This document shows, piece by piece, positions 58,728 through 64,000 of a stretch of 64,000 bases of DNA (positions are counted from its first letter, which is position 1; every line of letters begins with the position of its first letter). The DNA lies in assembly GCA_016182235.1 (NCBI GenBank), contig JACOXT010000003.1:258209-322208 (forward strand), read 5' to 3'. Under the pieces are notes generated by a model. The model was not told where the DNA came from and made no database searches. It was given only the letters and a program-made list of their open reading frames with translations. The stretch comes from Candidatus Levyibacteriota bacterium (GTDB lineage: Bacteria > Patescibacteriota > Microgenomatia > Levybacterales > UBA12049). The translations under genes were made by a program, and so were the position numbers.

Positions 58728-60241
58728 GTCTTCTTAAGAAATATAAGATTGAGACAATCGTGTTGGTATTGTTGATATTTTTATATTTTCTGACTCGTTT
58801 TTATAATATTTTATCCCTGCCTATTTTTACAGATGAAGCAATATACATTCGGTGGGCGCAAATTGCCAAGCAGGATGCGAGCTGGCGATTTATTTCGCTA
58901 ACTGACGGGAAACAGCCGATGTTTGTTTGGCTGACTGTGATTGCGATGCGCTTCATAAGCGATCCCTTATTAGCGGGAAGGTTGGTTTCAGTCGGAGCAG
59001 GATTTTTTACATTGATCGGGATGTTTTTTTTAGGTAGGGAGATTTTCAGAAATCGTTTAATTGGACTTATCTCAAGTGGTATATATGTAATTTTTCCAAT
59101 GGCTTTGGTTTACGATAAGATGGCTTTATATGATAGTTTGGTCGGAACTTTTACGATCTGGAGCTTATTTCTTACTGTACTATTAGTTCGTAGAATTCGA
59201 TTGGATGTTGCCCTAATTTTGGGAATGGTCGTAGGCGGTGGAGTTCTTAATAAAACCTCAGGATTTTTTAACCTCTATCTTCTTCCTCTGTCATTAATCT
59301 TGTTTGATTGGAATAAAAAAGAGAGAATGCAAGGGTTAGTAAAGTGGGTGGGGTTGATATCTATTGCGGTAATAATGACCTATGGGTTCTATTCTATTCT
59401 GAGGCTTTCTCCATATTTTCATATAATAGATGAGAAAAATACGATCTTTGTTTACCCTTATAGAGAATGGATAGAGCATCCGTTGGACTTTTTTATAGGT
59501 AACTGGAAAGCCTTGTGGGATTGGATGAATTTATATTTAACCTCGCCGCTTCTTATTGCTTCTGTAGCATCCTTTTTTATCGCAAGGTCTTATGCAAAAG
59601 AAAAGATACTTCTTTTTCTTTGGTTTATCATACCCATTATTGCTTTAGCAATTTTTGGTAAAACACTATATCCCCGTTTTATCTTTTTTATGACACTATC
59701 CTTGTTGCCTCTTATTGCCTATTCATTAATTGCCCTCTATCAAAAAGTTAAAACAAGACCTTTATTTGTTTTGTTTTTAATAATGTTTTTTTTCTTTGTT
59801 TTTAGAGCTGATTTTTTTATACTGACTGATTTTGAAAATGCTCGTATTCCTGTATCTGACATAAGACAATATGCAACTGATTGGCCATCAGGCGGAGGAG
59901 TTAAGGAGGCTGTAGAGTTTTTCCAAAACGAAGCCAAAAATCAGAAAATTTATATTGCTACTCAAGGAACCTTTGGGCTCATGCCTTATGCATTTGAAAT
60001 TTATCTAATTCAAAACCCAAATATCGCAATTGAGGGTTTCTGGCCGATATCAGACACAATTCCTCAAAAGGTTTTAGAAAAGAGCAAGTTTATGCCTACA
60101 TACTTCGTATTTTATCAACCCTGCTCTTCGTGTCAGGAAACAGGAGTTGCCCCTGTAGTATGGAGCCAGCTTGATCTGATCTATCAATATGAGAAGAAAC
60201 AGCCGTATAGATACTTATCTCTATATAGAGTTAAACAATGA
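58724..60241 (+). CDS. GT39/ArnT-like glycosyltransferase
   Basis: FTDEAIYIRWAQ, multiple TM segments. Confidence 0.8.
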   Translation: MSLLKKYKIETIVLVLLIFLYFLTRFYNILSLPIFTDEAIYIRWAQIAKQDASWRFISLTDGKQPMFVWLTVIAMRFISDPLLAGRLVSVGAGFFTLIGMFFLGREIFRNRLIGLISSGIYVIFPMALVYDKMALYDSLVGTFTIWSLFLTVLLVRRIRLDVALILGMVVGGGVLNKTSGFFNLYLLPLSLILFDWNKKERMQGLVKWVGLISIAVIMTYGFYSILRLSPYFHIIDEKNTIFVYPYREWIEHPLDFFIGNWKALWDWMNLYLTSPLLIASVASFFIARSYAKEKILLFLWFIIPIIALAIFGKTLYPRFIFFMTLSLLPLIAYSLIALYQKVKTRPLFVLFLIMFFFFVFRADFFILTDFENARIPVSDIRQYATDWPSGGGVKEAVEFFQNEAKNQKIYIATQGTFGLMPYAFEIYLIQNPNIAIEGFWPISDTIPQKVLEKSKFMPTYFVFYQPCSSCQETGVAPVVWSQLDLIYQYEKKQPYRYLSLYRVKQ

Positions 60242-62649
60242 AGGCAAACCGCAATTATCTTTGGGTTTTTATTCTGTTTATACTCATAACGCTTTTTTTC
60301 TTCTATAAGAGTTTATTGAATGGATATATTCCTTTTCCGGGAGATCTTCTTGTTGGCGAATACGCGCCGTACAATTCATATCCCTTTTTGGGATATGCGC
60401 CATCCGGGTATCCAAACAAGGGACAGGATTTTGACGTTTTAAGACTTTTATATCCAGAGAAAGAATTTTCTATCAGTATTTTCAAAAATCTTGAGTTGCC
60501 ATTTTGGAACCCATACAATTTTTCTGGCAATCCCCATATCGCCAGCTTACAATCCGGATCGTTCTATCCTTTCAATCTGATATTCTTTTTCCTTCCCTTT
60601 GTATATGGTTGGACAGTATTTATAATACTCCAGCCAATTCTAAGTACGATATTTACTTTTCTATTCGCAAGAGAGCTTAGTTTAAGCACTAGAAGTTCTA
60701 TTTTTTCCTCTCTGGTGTTTACCTTTTCTTCGTACTCTATCGTATGGATGGAATATGGGAATATTGGTCATTCTATTTTGTGGATGCCTTTTGTGCTGTT
60801 TCTGTTTATAAAAAATCTTAAAAATCCTAGCATCTTGAAATCAGTATTAATATCACTGTCATTAACTTTCTCAATTCTGGCGGGATATATTCAAACAGCA
60901 TTTTATGTATATATTTTCGTAACAGCATTTGTTCTCTTTTATACTTTTTTCATCGACAAAATGGATAGAATCAAAAAATTATCTATATCCTGTCTTGTCA
61001 TTGTGTCGTCGGTATTGTTATCGGCAGTTCAACTTTTGCCGATGTTTGAGCTAATTTTTCAATCCGCACGGATACCATACTCCCAGCCCGAGTTCCTGAA
61101 ATTACTGATTCCTTCATTCCATGCCATTACTATGTTTGTTCCTGATTTTTTTGGTAACCCTTCTACAAGGAACTACTGGATTAATGGGACATATATAGAA
61201 AGAGTATCTTATATCGGCGTAGTACCTCTAATTTTTATCTTTATTAGTTTTTTTAGAAAACAATATGCATACTTTTGGTTCTTTGCAGTCAGCGCAGTTG
61301 TTATTCTACTTTTATCATTCGATACATATCTTGCCAGAACTATATACTTTTTCCAGATTCCTTTTGTTTCAACAGCAGTTCCTACAAGAATAATGTTCTT
61401 GTTCTGTTTTTCAGCAAGTATTCTCTCCGGATTTGGACTTGATGCATTCCTAAGAGAACAAAATAAGAAAATATTTTTAAGGGCAATTTATATTTTGTGC
61501 GGAATATATATATTAACATGGCTGTTTGTGTTTATTTCACCGACATTGTGGAAAGATTCTACTTGGATTTCTAACTTACAAATATCGAAAAGAAATCTGA
61601 TTTTACCAACCGGCATCTTTTTAGTTAGCGCATTTGTTCTTCTTATAAATTTTCACATAGGCAAACATAGAAAGTTTGCTATTATATTCCTATTGTCTTT
61701 AAGCGTATTTGATTTATTTTATTTTTTTCATAAAATTACACCCTTTGCGCCAAAAGAAACTATTTATCTGGATACAGAGGTGCTAAGGGCGCTCAAGGAG
61801 ATCCAGGGAATTAATCGTTCATGGGGATATGGAAGCGGATACATAAGCACCAATCTCCAAACCCATGAAAAAATCTTTTCTACAGATGGATACAACGCTT
61901 TACATATTAGACGGTATGGAGAATTATTAGCTTCTTCAAAAGACGGTAAAATCCCATCTTTAATACCAAGATCAGATCCGATGATAGCCTCCGGTTATGG
62001 CTTAGGAAACTTGAGGGAGAATAAATACCGTCAAAGACTTTTGAATTTGCTAGGAGTTAAGTACGTACTTAATAAGATAGAAAATAAAGCCGAACCTGCC
62101 CAGGATTATCAAATATTTGATGATGAAACATATAGCCTTATCTGGCAGGAATTTCCCTGGCAGATCTATGAAAACAAAAAAGCATTGCCTCGTATCTTTT
62201 TTTCGTCAGATTATGTGGTTGAGAGTGACAAAAATAGGATTATTCAGATGATTCATGATGATGGATTTAACCCTAGAGAGAAAATAATTTTAGAAGAGTC
62301 AATATTGCCAAAAGTTGATTTGTCTGACGATAAAAATGCGAAAATTGTAGTTGAAAAATACACTCCGAATAAAGTTATTTTAGAGACGGATGCGAAAACA
62401 AATATGATTTTATTTCTTTCCGATAATTACTATTCTGGCTGGACAGTGAGTATTGATGGAGAAGATGATAAGATATATAAGGCAGACTATTCGTTTAGAG
62501 CGGTACCGGTTAAAAAAGGTAATCATGAAGTTATATTTTCATATTATCCTGAGTCTTTTGATTTAGGTATTAAAGTTAGTTTAATTACTTTTGGGTCATT
62601 GATCTTATTGGTGTTCGTTAAGAGATTTAAAATAAATGTTCAAAAATAG
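60238..62649 (+). CDS. YfhO-family membrane protein (GT-C)
   Basis: PFWNPY..SG.P, ALPR, YYSGW and G.HEV.F.Y.P motifs. Confidence 0.85.
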   Translation: MKANRNYLWVFILFILITLFFFYKSLLNGYIPFPGDLLVGEYAPYNSYPFLGYAPSGYPNKGQDFDVLRLLYPEKEFSISIFKNLELPFWNPYNFSGNPHIASLQSGSFYPFNLIFFFLPFVYGWTVFIILQPILSTIFTFLFARELSLSTRSSIFSSLVFTFSSYSIVWMEYGNIGHSILWMPFVLFLFIKNLKNPSILKSVLISLSLTFSILAGYIQTAFYVYIFVTAFVLFYTFFIDKMDRIKKLSISCLVIVSSVLLSAVQLLPMFELIFQSARIPYSQPEFLKLLIPSFHAITMFVPDFFGNPSTRNYWINGTYIERVSYIGVVPLIFIFISFFRKQYAYFWFFAVSAVVILLLSFDTYLARTIYFFQIPFVSTAVPTRIMFLFCFSASILSGFGLDAFLREQNKKIFLRAIYILCGIYILTWLFVFISPTLWKDSTWISNLQISKRNLILPTGIFLVSAFVLLINFHIGKHRKFAIIFLLSLSVFDLFYFFHKITPFAPKETIYLDTEVLRALKEIQGINRSWGYGSGYISTNLQTHEKIFSTDGYNALHIRRYGELLASSKDGKIPSLIPRSDPMIASGYGLGNLRENKYRQRLLNLLGVKYVLNKIENKAEPAQDYQIFDDETYSLIWQEFPWQIYENKKALPRIFFSSDYVVESDKNRIIQMIHDDGFNPREKIILEESILPKVDLSDDKNAKIVVEKYTPNKVILETDAKTNMILFLSDNYYSGWTVSIDGEDDKIYKADYSFRAVPVKKGNHEVIFSYYPESFDLGIKVSLITFGSLILLVFVKRFKINVQK

Positions 62650-64000
62650 AATTTATTTTGCGTATCTTATCTTATTTGTAATTTTCTTAGTTGCGTTTCT
62701 TCTACGCTTCTACAGGTTGAATGAGTTTCCTGTGGGGTTCCATATTGATGAAGCCTCTCTTGGATATAACGGATACTCATTGCTTTTAACAGGTAAGGAT
62801 GATAACGGTAATTTTTTCCCTCTATATATAGACATGTTTGGTGACAACAGGCCTTCAGGTTATCACTATTTAACAATTATTCCCATAATGCTTTTTGGCC
62901 TAACGGAATTTGCCACAAGATTTTCCGGAGCTTTTTTTGGTGCGTTAACAATTTTTTCCATTTATTTTTTGGTGTATGCAATTTTTGAAAATAGAAAAAT
63001 AAGCATAGTTTCCGCTTTACTCCTTGCGATTGCGCCGTGGCACATAACGCTTTCCCGCGCTAGTAGCGAAGCGATAGTGGCTTTATTTTTGGTTATTCTT
63101 GGATTTGGATCTTTGGTTCTTGGACATAAAAGACAACAATATATTTGGGCTATTGTTGGAGTAATTTCTTTGACGGCAAGCTTCTTTTTCTACCATACCC
63201 CCAGGGTATTTGTTCCCTTACTTTTTTTAGTCTTACTTATATTGTTTTTTATTTTAGGAAAAAATTATAAAAATAAACTTTGGCCCTTTTTCGTTGGATG
63301 TTTAATATTCATAGTTATAATCTCGGCATGGTTAGTTTTTTCTATACCTGGTGGCACCGGAAGATTCAATCAGATAAATATTTTTAATTCTTTTGAGACG
63401 AACTTTTTTCAGGAACAACAGATTAGGGAAGATGCCAAAGCCGGCTCAAATCATATTGAATCTCGTTTTTTCCACAATAAAATATCCAACGTTATGCTGA
63501 TTTTTATATCTAATTATTTTGATTACTTTGGATTGAACTTTCTTTTTGCAGAAGGTGGCTTACCGATTTGGTATAGCATTCCCAGAGTTGGTCTTTTGTA
63601 TCTTGTAGAATTGCCTTTTATAATTATTGGAATATATTATCTAATTAAAGAAAAGAATACTTACTCTAAAATTCCATTAGTCTGGGTATTAATTGCCCCA
63701 ATTGTACCCGCAATAACAATGGATGATGTTCCAAATATAAATAGGTCTGTTGCTCTTTTTCCTATGCTAAATATAATTGCCTCTATTGGCTTTTTTTCGT
63801 TTATAAAAGATATTAAATATAAAAAGCAAATCTCTATTATGATTGGAGTTCTTCTGCTTGTGAATACCTTTTATTTTCTCCATCAGTATTTCTATAACGC
63901 AAAAACTCATAAGCCTTGGTACCGCAATAATGGCTTTTCGGAGATGATGAGTGTGGTTAATAAAAACTATCAAAGTAATGACGCAGTTATTATGTCCAAG
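62636..64000 (+). CDS. GT39/ArnT-like glycosyltransferase (3' truncated by window edge; absent from the ORF track)
   Basis: MFKNRIYF...LRFYRLNEFPVGFHIDEASLGYNGY. Confidence 0.85.
   Translation, partial: MFKNRIYFAYLILFVIFLVAFLLRFYRLNEFPVGFHIDEASLGYNGYSLLLTGKDDNGNFFPLYIDMFGDNRPSGYHYLTIIPIMLFGLTEFATRFSGAFFGALTIFSIYFLVYAIFENRKISIVSALLLAIAPWHITLSRASSEAIVALFLVILGFGSLVLGHKRQQYIWAIVGVISLTASFFFYHTPRVFVPLLFLVLLILFFILGKNYKNKLWPFFVGCLIFIVIISAWLVFSIPGGTGRFNQINIFNSFETNFFQEQQIREDAKAGSNHIESRFFHNKISNVMLIFISNYFDYFGLNFLFAEGGLPIWYSIPRVGLLYLVELPFIIIGIYYLIKEKNTYSKIPLVWVLIAPIVPAITMDDVPNINRSVALFPMLNIIASIGFFSFIKDIKYKKQISIMIGVLLLVNTFYFLHQYFYNAKTHKPWYRNNGFSEMMSVVNKNYQSNDAVIMSK

Noticed and set aside
3521..63973. Numerous short antisense ORFs nested in long genes
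   Set aside because: Shadow ORFs of well-supported genes, lacking motifs or expression signals

Overview
AT-rich bacterial chromosomal segment. Gene content (many GT-C glycosyltransferases, short TsaB, archaeal-type AspRS, YerC/TrpR-like genes, DUF4446/DUF3048, separate secD/secF, apparently leaderless promoters) resembles Patescibacteria/Microgenomates; this is inference, not a database result. The backbone is three cell-surface glycan clusters (about 1-6 kb, 9.5-22.5 kb, 56.7-64 kb), a sortase with an LAPTG substrate, housekeeping genes (tsaC, tsaB, secD, secF, cca, recJ, aspS, gltX, dgkA, corA, lon) and two tRNAs (Gln-CTG, Glu-CTC). The most notable signals are non-coding. (1) Downstream of tRNA-Gln is an array of unrelated genes separated by six copies of a hairpin repeat of about 35 bp, with decayed tRNA-3'-like remnants and no integrase in the window. 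(2) A GIY-YIG nuclease gene sits between a tRNA-Gln 5' fragment split by a double hairpin and the intact tRNA, and a related double hairpin is inserted in frame in a NUDIX gene. (3) Two TrpR/YerC-like genes are each bracketed on both sides by their own palindrome. (4) Repeated insertions at the starts of rfbB and rfbD leave dead 5' stubs and a regenerated start. (5) Palindromic mini-elements are inserted in frame in recJ and cca. No CRISPR array, rRNA, transposase or integrase was seen. All calls are by eye from sequence and motifs.
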